From assembly GCF_032444005.1 (NCBI RefSeq), contig NC_091290.1, positions 129,332,001 to 129,396,000 of the forward strand: DNA of 64,000 nucleotides, read 5' to 3'. The position numbers and the translations under genes are program-made. The notes beneath the pieces were generated by a model. It was not told the DNA's origin and did not search any database. It saw nothing but the letters and a program-made list of their open reading frames with translations. The DNA comes from Ranitomeya imitator (lineage: Eukaryota). Below, in pieces: positions 23,166 through 34,983 of the stretch. The stretch's first letter is position 1, and the number at the start of each line of letters is the position of its first letter.

Positions 23166-23404
23166 ATGCAAATTGCCTCTTCTGAGAAAAAGAGGACTTA
23201 AACTCTATAGCGCCACCTGTTGGAAGTAGCGATTATACAAGTCACAATCAACCCTTTAACGAGTCGTGCAATATGACTTAGGATAAAAGCCAAATTAGTA
23301 TCTCAATTCGCAGACACGGTGTTTCGGGCTGTTGGCCCTCATCAGTGCGAAGCATGAGAACTAATTTGGCTAGGTGAGAGGCTCTGGAGTGGGGTCTAAA
23401 GGGG
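23166..23404 (-). mobile_element. Short hammerhead-containing retroposon (retrozyme-like)
   Basis: Flanked by the 12-bp direct repeat CTAGTGTTTGAT (23154-23165 and 23405-23416). It contains a canonical hammerhead, and a second copy of its end lies at 23934-24029. Confidence 0.8.
23309..23349 (-). ncRNA. Type I hammerhead ribozyme
   Basis: Minus strand reads cgca-CTGATGA-gggc caaca gccc-GAAA-caccgt-GTC-tgcg, with the full catalytic core, stems I-III and a GUC cleavage triplet. Confidence 0.88.
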
Positions 23405-23933
23405 CTAGTGTTTGATGGCACGCGTCGGAGGTCACTTTTCAATGCATCTCAATGAGAGCCTCATCCTGGCCCACATAGACCTGCATTGAGCTCTTGTGAT
23501 GCAACTTCTGATTTCCGACCAGTCAGACATTATGGCCCCAAGATATCACCGTGTGACGGGAGCCGCACCGAAAAAAAGGGGAAGATGCGGGAACGTGAGT
23601 ATAAGAACGGTAGTTGGGGGCTTACATTTAAAGCATCACTTCAGCACTGAAAAAAATACACTGGAGTGGTGCTTTAATGGTTGAACTAGGCACTGAAAAG
23701 TGTCCCGAAAGTGATGACAAATGTTTTATAATGGTGATTGTCCAAAATTCATAATTACATTACTTTGCATTTTGGGAGTGTACAGTAGTGTCTACAGAAG
23801 GCATGTTATATAGAGGTAAAAAGGATTTACGTTGGTGAACAACATTCCTAAATGAAACATTTTACTTTATTGTAGACTAACCAAAATTATGTTTTACCCA
23901 ATCATAACAATAAAAATATGTATATTGGATATA

Positions 23934-24029
23934 ATATGCAAATTGCCTCTTCTGAGAAAAAGAGGACTTAAACTCTATAGCGCCACCTGTTGGAAGTAGC
24001 GATCCTACAAGTCACAATCAACCCTTTAA
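23934..24029 (-). mobile_element. Truncated second copy (3' end only) of the hammerhead retroposon
   Basis: Near-identical to 23164-23259 and lacks the ribozyme. Confidence 0.85.
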
Positions 24030-24073
24030 GTCCTCTTTTACTCATCATTACTTATTACTTATTAAGTAAATGT

Positions 24074-24461
24074 AAAAGTTAAAATCGCCCCCCTTTCGCC
24101 CCAATCAAAATAAAAAATCAAAAAATCAAACCTACACATATTTGGTATCGCCGGGTTCAGAATCGCCCGATCTATCAATAAAAAAAAGAATTAACCTGAT
24201 CGCTAAACGGCGTAGCGAGAAAAAAATCAAAACTCCAGAATTACCTTTTTTTGTTGTTGCCGCTACATTGAATTAAAATGCAATAACGGGCGATCAAAAG
24301 ATTGTATCTGCACCAACATGGTATCATTAAAAACGGAAGTTCGTCCTGCAAAAAAAAAAGGCCTCATAAGACCATATTGACGGAAAAATAAAAAAGTTAT
24401 GGCTCTGGAAAGAAGGGGAGTGAAAAATGAAAAATCGAAAAAAGCTCCGATCATGAAGGGG
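24074..24461. mobile_element. Fragment of piggyBac-like MITE (right end), related to 40998-42283
   Basis: It aligns with 41540-41830 and 42170-42283, and ends TCATGAAGGGG followed by tgaa (a decayed TTAA). Confidence 0.7.
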
Positions 24462-24553
24462 TGAAACTGACTTTTGGAGCACATATTCGTGTTCAGCATA
24501 TCAGAATCTATAAGATACAATCAACTTTTCTCAGGGGACAAAAACCTCCCTGA

Positions 24554-25197
24554 NNNNNNNNNNNNNNNNNNNNNNNNNNNNNNNNNNNNNNNNNNNNNNN
24601 NNNNNNNNNNNNNNNNNNNNNNNNNNNNNNNNNNNNNNNNNNNNNNNNNNNNNNNNNNNNNNNNNNNNNNNNNNNNNNNNNNNNNNNNNNNNNNNNNNNN
24701 NNNNNNNNNNNNNNNNNNNNNNNNNNNNNNNNNNNNNNNNNNNNNNNNNNNNNNNNNNNNNNNNNNNNNNNNNNNNNNNNNNNNNNNNNNNNNNNNNNNN
24801 NNNNNNNNNNNNNNNNNNNNNNNNNNNNNNNNNNNNNNNNNNNNNNNNNNNNNNNNNNNNNNNNNNNNNNNNNNNNNNNNNNNNNNNNNNNNNNNNNNNN
24901 NNNNNNNNNNNNNNNNNNNNNNNNNNNNNNNNNNNNNNNNNNNNNNNNNNNNNNNNNNNNNNNNNNNNNNNNNNNNNNNNNNNNNNNNNNNNNNNNNNNN
25001 NNNNNNNNNNNNNNNNNNNNNNNNNNNNNNNNNNNNNNNNNNNNNNNNNNNNTNNNNNNNNNNNNNNNNNNNNNNNNNNNNNNNNNNNNNNNNNNNNNNN
25101 NNNNNNNNNNNNNNNNNNNNNNNNNNNNNNNNNNNNNNNNNNNNNNNNNNNNNNNNNNNNNNNNNNNNNNNNNNNNNNNNNNNNNNNNNNNNNNNNN
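24554..25197. other. Assembly gap (N run, with one stray T at 25053)
   Basis: Run of n characters. Confidence 1.
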
Positions 25198-26559
25198 TAC
25201 AGTATATGAGGTGTATGACGTGGAGGCCGTGCTGGTCCTCGGTGCCCCATGATTAGAGTAGCCACTCTGCCCTTCGCACACCGTTTGCCATTGCGGCACA
25301 GTACAGGGGATTAATTTCTTACCAGATGTTTTAAAAATTCCTGAGCCATCAATCAATGAATTCAGCAAATGTAAGACCATTAGTAAAATAATTGCGCAGT
25401 CGGGGGTCACACTGCACCATGTTCTGCCAGCTGGGGGAGGGGCACACACCCGCCTCAGTGTGGCTCTCAGAAAGGAAGCAGGATGTAGCGCTGCGCACAT
25501 CAGGAGTCAGCCTTTCTTCACACATCACAGTCATTATAACATTTACATTTTACCATTATTTTACCATTATGTTTTGTTAAATTGATAAGAAATCCTGGTG
25601 AAATTTGCCGCCGTTTGCCTGACGTGAGAGCGCTGTGATGGATGAGGTGCGGGCGCTGAGCTTTCTGTCGCTTCCTGCAATTTTCCGAGGCTTTTTAGAG
25701 ACCGTCGTTTAGGAGAATGGCGCAGGTGCAATGCAGAAAGCGATGCTGATGAAGTGAGCTGCAGTCGAGCTGCTTCACCGGGAAGGAGTAAAAAGCCTCC
25801 TTTACATTCCGTAGTTTGCAAGCTGTTTAGGAGAACAAAGCATTACTCCGGCAATGTCTGAGAAGGTTGTTATGGGACTCGAGAGACCCCCCCTGCGCTG
25901 TGTGCGCCCCCCGCCACACGTACTTAACAGCTATTTCTGTCACAGTGACTAAACCACTGGGAAAATTAGAGAAACACAACAGATTTGATTCATTCCTGCA
26001 TCCGTGTCTGGTTTTTTTGGCCAGTTTTTGGTGTTTTGCGCCTTTCTTGGACGCAGCTATCCCTGCCTTTTTCTAATTTGTTTTCCAATTTTTTTTTTTT
26101 AGATTGCCAAAATGTGGTTAACCCCTTCATGACCCAGCCTATTTTGACCTTAAAGACCTTGCCGTTTTTTGCAATTCTGACCAGTGTCCCTTTATGAGGT
26201 AATAACTCAGGAACGCTTCAATGGATCCTAGCGGTTCTGAGAATGTTTTTTCGTGACATATTGGGCTTCATGTTAGTGGTAAATTTAGGTCAATAAATTC
26301 TGTGTTTATTTGTGATAAAAACGGAAATTTGGCGAAAATTTTGAAAATTTCGCAATTTTCACATTTTGAATTTTTATTCTGTTAAACCAGAGAGATATGT
26401 GACACAAAATAGTTAATAAATAACATTTCCCACATGTCTACTTTATATCAGCACAATTTTGGAAACAAAATTTTTTTTTGCTAGGAAGTTATAAGGGTTA
26501 AAATTTGACCAGCGATTTCTCATTTTTACAACTAAATTTACAAAGCCATTTTTTTTAGG

Positions 26560-28800
26560 GACCACCTCACATTTGAAGTCAGTTTGAGGGGTCTATATGG
26601 CTGAAAATACCCAAAAGTGACACCATTCTAAAAACTGCACCCCTCAAGGTGCACAAAACCACATTCAAGAAGTTTATTAACCCTTCCGGTGCTTCACAGC
26701 AGCAGAAGCAACATGGAAGGAAAAAATGAACATTTAACTTTTTAGTCACAAAAATGATTTTTCAGCAACAATTTTTTTATTTTTCCAATGGTAAAAGGAG
26801 AAACTGAACCACGAAAGTTGTTGTCCAATTTGTCCTGAGTACGCTGATAACTCATATGTGGGGGTAAACCACTGTTTGGGCGCACGGCAGGGCTTGGAAG
26901 GGAAGGAGCGCCATTTGACTTTTTGAATGAAAAATTGGCTGCACTCTTTAGCGGACACCATGTCACGTTTGGAGAGCCCCCGTGTGCCTAAAAATTGGAG
27001 CTCCCCCACAAGTGACCCCATTTTGGAAACTAGACGCCCCAAGGAACTTATCTACATGCATAGTGAGCCCTTTAAACCCCCAGGTGCTTCACAAATTGAT
27101 CCGTAAAAATGAAAAAGTACTTTTTTTTCACAAAAAAATTCTTTTAGCCTCAATTTTTTCATTTTCACATGGGCAACAGGATAAAATGGATCCTAAAATG
27201 TGTTGGGCAATTTCTCCTGAGTACACCAATACTTCACATGTGGAGGTAAACCACTGTTTGGGCACATGGTAAGGCTCGGAAGGGAAGGAGCGCCATTTGA
27301 CTTTTTGAATGAAAAATTATCTCCATCGTTAGCGGACACCATGTCGCATTTGGAGAGACCCTGTGTGCCTAAACATTGGAGCTCCCCCACAAGTGACCCC
27401 ATTTTGGAAACTGGACCCCCCAAGGAACTTATCTAGATGCCTAGTGAGCACTTTAAACCCTCAGATGCTTCACAAATTGATCCGTAAAAATGAAAAAGTA
27501 CTTTTTTTTCACAAAAAATTTATTTTCGCCTCAATTTTTTCATTTTCACATGGGCAATAGGATAAAATGGATGCTAAAATTTGTTGAGCAATTTCTCCCG
27601 AGTACGCCGATACCTCATATGTGGGGGTAAACCACTGTTTGGGCAAACGGCAGGGCTCGGAAGGGAAGGCGCGCCTTTTGACTTTTTGAATGGAAAATTA
27701 GCTCCAATTGTTAGCGGACACCATGTCGCGTTTGGAGAGCCCCTGTGTGCCTAAACATTGGAGCTCCCCCACAAGTGACCCCATTTTGGAAACTAGACCC
27801 CCCAAGGAACTTATTTAGATGCATACTGAGCACTTTAAACCCCCAGGTGCTTCACAGAAGTTTATAATGCAGAGCCATGAAAATAAAAAATAATTTTTCT
27901 TTTCTCAAAAATGATTTTTTAGCCTGGAATTTCCTATTTTGCCAATGGTAATAGGAGAAATTGGACCACAAATGTTGTTGTCCAGTTTGTCCTGAGTACG
28001 CAGATACCCCATATGTGGGGGTAAACCACTGTTTGGGCGCACGGCAGGGCTCAGAAGGGAAGGCACGCCATTTGGCTTTTTAAATGGAAAATTAGCTCCA
28101 ATCATAAGCGGACACCATGTCGCGTTTGGAGAGCCCCTGTGTGCCTAAACATTGGAGATCCCCCACAAATGACCCCATTTTGGAAACTAGACCCCCAAAG
28201 GAACTAATCTAGATGTGTGGTGAGCACTTTGAACCCTCAAGTGCTTCACAGAAGTTTATAACGCAGAGCCATGAAAATTTAAAAAAAAAATTCTTTTCTC
28301 AAAAATGATTTTTTAGCCCGCTATTTTTTATTTTCCCAAGGGTAACAGGAGAAATTTGACCCCAAAAGTTGTTGTCCAGTTTCTCCTGAGTACGCTGATA
28401 CCCCATATGTGGGGGTAAACCACTGTTTAGGCACATGCTGGGGCTCAGAAGTGAAGTAGTGACGTTTTGAAATGCAGACTTTGATGGAATGCTCTGCGGG
28501 CGTCACGTTGCGTTTGCAGAGCCCCTGATGTGGCTAAACAGTAGAAACCCCCCACAAGTGACCCCATTTTGGAAACTAGACCCCGAAAGGAACTTATCTA
28601 GATGTGAGGTGAGCACTTTGAACCCCCAAGTGCTTCACAGAAGTTCATAACACAGAGCAGTGAAAATAATAAATACGTTTTCTTTCCTCAAAAATAATTA
28701 TTTAGCCCAGAATTTTTTATTTTCCCAAGGGTTACAGGAGAAATTGGACCACAAAAGTTGTTGTCCAGTTTGTCCTGAGTACGCTGATACCCCATGTGTA
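26560..28800. repeat. Tandem satellite, ~380-395 bp unit, ~5.5 copies, internal to the piggyBac-like element
   Basis: The marker gtgaccccattttggaaact recurs at ~27012, 27391, 27775, 28170 and 28559. Confidence 0.92.
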
Positions 28801-29350
28801 TCATGCAAAGTTCGCTTTACTGTCCTCGCTCTGTCCTAGAATATCGGGCCCCACTTTGCTGAATCTATTTCATCCCTACGTTTTGTCTTTTCATCTTACT
28901 CACAGTCATTATATGTGGGGGGCTGCCTTTTCCTTTGGGGAATTTCTCTGGGGCAAGTCAGGCCTATTTTTCTATCTTCAGGCTAGCTAGTTTCTTAGGC
29001 TGTGCCGAGTTGCCTAGGTAGTTGTTAGGCGCAATCCACAGCCGCTTTTAGTTGTGTTTAGGATAGGATCAGGTGTGCAGTCTACAGAGTTTCCACGTCT
29101 CAGAGCTCGTTCTTGTATTTTTGGGTATTTGTCAGATCACTGTGTGCGCTCTGATCGCTAAGCACACTGTGTTTCTGGATTGCCTTCATAACCCCTGTCA
29201 TTAGCAAACATAACAGTACAAGGAGCCCAACTAATGATTCTCAATAGAGGGAAAGAAAAAGTTCTGACATCATTTTTTTTTTTCTGCTCTGTGTTCACTT
29301 TTTTTTTTTTCCCCCTAGACATTTGGGTGATTCTGGACACAGGTGTGGAC

Positions 29351-32300
29351 ATGGATATTCAGGGTCTGTGCTCTTCAATGGATAATCTCGTTATTAATGT
29401 ACAAAAAATTCAAGATACTATTGATCAGAAATCTATGTTAGAACCAAGAATTCCTATTCCTGATTTGTTTTTTGGAGATAGAACTAAGTTTCTAAGTTTC
29501 AAAAATAATTGTAAGCTATTTCTGGCCTTGAAACCTCATTCTTCTGGTAATCCTATTCAACAGGTTTTGATTATTATTTCTTTTTTGCGCGGCGACCCTC
29601 AAGACTGGGCATTTTCTCTTGCGCCAGGAGACCCTGCATTGAGTAGTGTCGATGTGTTTTTCCTGGCGCTCGGATTGCTGTACGATGAGCCTAATTCAGT
29701 GGATCAGGCTGAGAAAAATTTGCTGGCTTTGTGCCAGGGTCAGGATGATATAGAAGTATATTGTCAGAAATTTAGGAAATGGTCAGTACTCACTCAGTGG
29801 AATGAATCTGCGCTGGCAGCTTTGTTCAGAAAGGGTCTCTCTGAGGCTCTTAAGGATGTCATGGTGGGATTTCCTATGCCTGCTGGTTTGAATGAGTCTT
29901 TGTCTTTGGCCATTCAGATCGGTCGACGCTTGCGCGAGTGTAAATCTGTGCACCATTTGGCGGTACTGCCTGAGGTTAAACCTGAGCCTATGCAGTGCGA
30001 TAGGACTATGACTAGAGTTGAACGGCAGGAATACAGACGTCTGAATGGTCTGTGTTTCTACTGTGGTGATTCCACTCATGCTATTTCTGATTGTCCTAAA
30101 CGCACTAAGCGGTCCGCTAGGTCTGCCGTCATTGGTACTGTACAGTCCAAATTCCTTCTGTCCATTACCTTGATATGCTCTTTGTCGTCGTTTTCTGTCA
30201 TGGCGTTTGTGGATTCGGGCGCTGCCCTGAATCTGATGGATTTGGATTATGCTAAACGTTGTGGGTTTTTCTTGGAGCCTTTGCGGTGTCCTATTCCATT
30301 GAGAGGAATTGATGCTACACCTTTGGCCAAGAATAAACCTCAATACTGGGCCCAGCTGACCATGTGCATGGCTCCTGCACATCAGGAAGTTATTCGCTTT
30401 CTGGTGTTGCATAATCTGCATGATGTGGTCATGTTGGGGTTGCCATGGCTACAAACCCATAATCCAGTATTGGATTGGAATTCCATGTCGGTATCCAGCT
30501 GGGGTTGTCAGGGGGTACATGGTGATGTTCCATTTTTGTCGATTTCGTCATCCACCCCTTCTGAGGTCCCAGAGTTCTTGTCTGATTATCAGGATGTATT
30601 TGAAGAGCCCAAGTCCGATGCTCTACCTCCGCATAGGGATTGTGATTGTGCTATCAATTTGATTCCTGGTAGTAAATTCCCTAAAGGTCGATTATTTAAT
30701 TTATCCGTGCCTGAACACGCCGCTATGCGCAGTTATGTGAAGGAATCCCTGGAGAAGGGACATATTCGCCCATCGTCATCACCACTGGGAGCAGGGTTCT
30801 TCTTTGTAGCCAAGAAGGATGGTTCGCTGAGACCGTGTATTGATTACCGCCTTCTTAATAAGATCACTGTTAAATTTCAGTATCCCTTGCCATTGTTATC
30901 TGACTTGTTTGCTCGGATTAAGGGGGCTAGTTGGTTCACTAAGATAGATCTTCGTGGTGCGTATAATCTGGTGAGAATCAGGCAAGGAGATGAATGGAAT
31001 ACTGCATTCAATACGCCCGAGGGTCATTTTGAGTGTCTAGTGATGCCGTTCGGACTTGCCAATGCTCCATCTGTGTTTCAGTCTTTTATGCATGACATCT
31101 TCCGTGAGTATCTGGATAAATTCCTGATTGTTTACTTGGATGACATTTTGATCTTCTCAGATAATTGGGAGTCTCATGTGAAGCAGGTCAGAATGGTTTT
31201 TTAGGTCCTGCGTGCTAACTCTTTGTTTGTGAAGGGATCAAAGTGTCTCTTCGGTGTGCAGAAAGTTTCATTTTTGGGGTTCATCTTTACCCCTTCTACT
31301 ATCGAGATGGATCCAGTTAAGGTCCAAGCCATCCGGGATTGGATTCAGCTGACATCTCTGAAAAGTCTGCAAAAGTTCCTGGGCTTTGCTAATTTTTATC
31401 GTCGCTTCATCTGTAATTTTTCTAGCATTGCCAAACCATTGACCGATTTGACCAAGAAGGGTGCTGATTTGGTTAATTGGTCTTCTGCTGCTGTGGAAGC
31501 TTTTCAGGAGTTGAAGCGTCGTTTTTGTTCTGCCCCTGTGTTGTGTCAGCCAGATGTTTCTCTTCCGTTCCAGGTCGAGGTTGATGCTTCTGAGATTGGA
31601 GCAGGGGCGGTTTTGTCACAGAGAGGTTCTGATTGCTCAGTGATGAAACCATGTGCTTTCTTTTCCAGGAAGTTTTCGCCCGCTGAGCGTAATTATGATG
31701 TGGGCAATCGAGAGTTGCTGGCCATGAAGTGGGCATTCGAGGAGTGGCGTCATTGGCTTGAAGGAGCTAAGCATCGCGTGGTGGTATTGACTGATCATAA
31801 GAACTTGACTTATCTCGAGTCTGCCAAGCGCTTGAATCCTAGACAGGCCCGTTGGTCGTTATTTTTTGCCCGCTTCGACTTTGTGATTTCGTACCTTCCG
31901 GGCTCTAAAAATGTGAAGGCGGATGCTCTGTCTAGGAGTTTTGTGCCCGACTCTCCGGGTTTATCTGAGCCAGCGGGTATCCTCAAGGAAGGAGTCATTG
32001 TGTCTGCCATCTCCCCTGATTTGCGGCGGGTGCTGCAAAAATTTCAGGCGAATAAACCTGATCGTTGTCCAGCAGAGAAACTGTTCGTCCCTGATAGGTG
32101 GTCTAATAAACTTATCTCTGAACTTCATTGTTCGGTGTTGGCTGGTCATCCTGGAATCTTTGGTACCAGAGAGTTAGTGGCTAGATCCTTCTGGTGGCCA
32201 TCTCTGTCACGGGATGTACGTACTTTTGTGCAGTCCTGTGGGATTTGTGCTAGGGCTAAGCCCTGCTGTTCTCGTGCCAGTGGGTTGCTTTTGCCCTTGC

Positions 32301-33419
32301 CGGTCCCAAAGAGGCCTTGGACACATATTTCGATGGATTTCATTTCTGACCTTCCCGTTTCTCAAAAGATGTCAGTCATTTGGGTGGTCTGTGATCGCTT
32401 TTCTAGAATGGTCCATCTGGTGCCCTTGGCTAAATTGCCTTCCTCCTCTGATTTGGTACCTTTGTTCTTTCAGCATGTGGTTCGGTTGCATGGCATTCCT
32501 GAGAATATTGTTTCTGACAGAGGTTCCCAGTTTGTTTCAAGGTTTTGGCGAGCCTTTTGTGGTAGGATGGGCATTGACCTATCCTTTTCCTCGGCTTTCC
32601 ATCCTCAGACTAATGGCCAGACCGAACGAACCAATCAGACCTTGGAAACATATCTGAGATGTTTTGTTTCTGCAGACCAAGATGATTGGGTGTCCTTTTT
32701 GCCGTTGGCTGAGTTCGCCCTTAATAATCGGGCCAGCTCGGCTACCTTGGTTTCTCCATTTTTTTGCAATTCTGGGTTCCATCCTCGTTTCTCTTCAGGA
32801 CAGGTTGAGTCTTCGGATTGTCCTGGTGTGGATTCTGTGGTGGATAGGTTGCAGCAGATCTGGACTCAGGTAGTGGACAATTTGATCTTGTCCCAGGAGA
32901 AAGCTCAACTTTTCGCTAATCGCAGACGCCGTGTGGGTCCCCGACTTCGTGTTGGGGATCTGGTTTGGTTATCTTCTCGTCATATTCCTATGAAGATTTC
33001 CTCTCCTAAATTTAAACCTCGTTTTATTGGTCCGTATAGGATTTCTGAGGTTCTCAATCCTGTGTCTTTTCGTTTGACCCTCCCAGACTCCTTTTCCATA
33101 CATAATGTATTCCATAGGTCGTTGTTGCGGAGATACGTGGCACCTATGGTTCCATCTGTTGAGCCTCCTGCCCCGGTTTTGGTGGAGGGGGAATTGGAGT
33201 ATATTGTGGAGAAGATTTTGGATTCTCGTGTTTCTAGACGGAAACTCCAGTATCTGGTTAAATGGAAGGGTTATACTTAGGAAGATAATTCCTGGGTTTT
33301 TGCCTCTGATGTTCATGCTTCCGATCTTGTTCGTGCCTTTCATGCGGCTCATCCTGGTCGGCCTGGGGGCTCTGGTGAGGGTTCGGTGACCCCTCCTCCA
33401 GGGGGGGTACTGTTGTGAA
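29351..33419 (+). pseudogene. gag-pol with two CAG>TAG nonsense codons (31202-31204 and 33278-33280)
   Basis: ORFs 29234-31204 and 31223-33280 are in one frame, with the same domain order as copy 1 including the chromodomain. Confidence 0.93.
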
Positions 33420-34192
33420 TTCTGTGGCTGAATTCACTTCTGTGGTCACAAGTGGTACTGCAGCTTCTGAGCTTCCTCCCTCAGGTGTTCTGGTGAGCTC
33501 GTTAACTGCTTCATTACTTAACTCCGCCTGATGCTGCTATCCTTGCTCCTTGTCAATGTTTCAGTGTTGGATCTGAGCTTCTCCTGATTGTTCCTGTGAC
33601 CTGCTGCTCTGTATAGCTAAGTGCTTTTTGCTTTTTTGTTTCTTTTTTTCTGTCCAGCTTGTCTTTTGTTTTGCTGGAAGCTCTGAGACGCAAAGGGTGT
33701 ACCGCCGTGCCGTTAGTTCGGCATGGTGGGTTTTATTTTTGCCCCCTTTGCGTGGTTTTGCTTTAGGGTTTTTTGTAGACTGCAAAGTTCGCTTTACTGT
33801 CCTCGCTCTGTCCTAGAATATCGGGCCCCACTTTGCTGAATCTATTTCATCCCTACGTTTTGTCTTTTCATCTTACTCACAGTCATCATATGTGGGGGGC
33901 TGCCTTTTCCTTTGGGGAATTTCTCTGGGGCAAGTCAGGCCTATTGTTCTATCTTCAGGCTAGCTAGTTTCTTAGGCTGTGCCGAGTTGCCTAGGTAGTT
34001 GTTAGGCGCAATCCACAGCCGCTTTTAGTTGTGTTTAGGATAGGATCAGGTGTGCAGTCTACAGAGTTTCCACGTCTCAGAGCTCGTTCTTGTATTTTTG
34101 GGTATTTGTCAGATCACTGTGTGCGCTCTGATCGCTAAGCACACTGTGTTTCTGGATTGCCTTCATAACACCTGTCATTAGCAAACATAACA
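33411..34192 (+). repeat. 3' LTR of family A copy 2 (782 bp)
   Basis: It follows the PPT gggggggtac, starts TGTTGTGAA and ends CATAACA. Confidence 0.95.
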
Positions 34193-34400
34193 GGGATCGC
34201 TGTGCAGGGGGGTGGATCGGAGCACGGGGGTGGATCGGAGCACGGGGGGATCGCTGTGCGGGGGGGTGATTGGAGTGCGGGGGAGGTTGATTGGAGCACG
34301 GGGGGTGTGATTGGAGCACGGGGGGAGCGGACAGGAGGACGGGGGAGCGGAGCACAGGACGGAGGGGAGCGGACCACCGATCGGAGGGCTGGGGGGGCGA
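34193..34400. repeat. G-rich short tandem repeat (ggatcggagcacgggggg-like)
   Basis: Several ~17-20 bp imperfect units inside the piggyBac-like element. Confidence 0.75.
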
Positions 34401-34983
34401 TCGGTGGGGTGGGGGCACATAAGTGTTTCCAGCCATGGCCGATGATATTGCAGCATCGCCATGGCTGGATTGTAATATTTCACCAGTTTTTTAGGTGAAA
34501 TATTACAAATCGCTCTGATTGGCAGTTTCACTTTCAACAGCCAATCAGAGCGATCGTAGCCACGGGGGGGTGAAGCCACCCCCCCTGGGCTAAACTACCA
34601 CTCCCCCTGTCCCTGCAGGCCTGGTGAAATTGGAGTTAACCCTTTCACCCGGCCTGCAGGGACGCGATCTTTCTGTGACACAGCATATGCGTCACAGGTC
34701 GGATTGGCACCGACTTTCATGACGCATACGCTGTGTCACAGGTCGGGAAGGGGTTAAGGGTTTCCAAAAGTTTTTACTCAATTCTTCATTTGCAACTTTT
34801 CAATAGTTCATTAGATTTGCCATACATGTAATCTAGCGCCGTCGCCTAGAATGATTTCATATTCGACATGTGGGTTATATTTCTGCAATTTTTGCACCAT
34901 GTAAGAAAGTGCTACATTTTCCACTAGAAAGTCATACGCATGGTTAAAGACAGAAAAAAGACCTTTTTGTTATATTGCCCAAA

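Larger units (their letters stand above)
23077..23673. mobile_element. TTAA-target MITE, same family as 20095-20501, carrying an internal insertion
   Basis: TTAA|AGCACCACTCCAG...CTGGAGTGGTGCT|TTAA. Confidence 0.88.
28804..34192 (+). mobile_element. Ty3/Gypsy family A, copy 2 (5' LTR truncated)
   Basis: 28804-29215 matches 33781-34192 with 3 differences. The complete 3' LTR is 33411-34192. Its gag-pol is highly similar to that of 302-5488. Confidence 0.96.
26122..34753. mobile_element. Large non-autonomous piggyBac-like element containing a satellite and a Gypsy insertion
   Basis: TTAA|CCCCTTCATGACC (26118-26134) ... GGTCGGGAAGGGG|TTAA (34741-34757). No transposase ORF. Confidence 0.8.

Noticed and set aside
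24474-25500. Long ORFs of 244-330 aa in the ORF track
   Set aside because: They are artefacts of translating through the N gap. The same applies to 8175-8501.
34077-34579. Pro-rich and Gly-rich ORFs
   Set aside because: They are translations of the G-rich tandem repeat in the piggyBac-like element.
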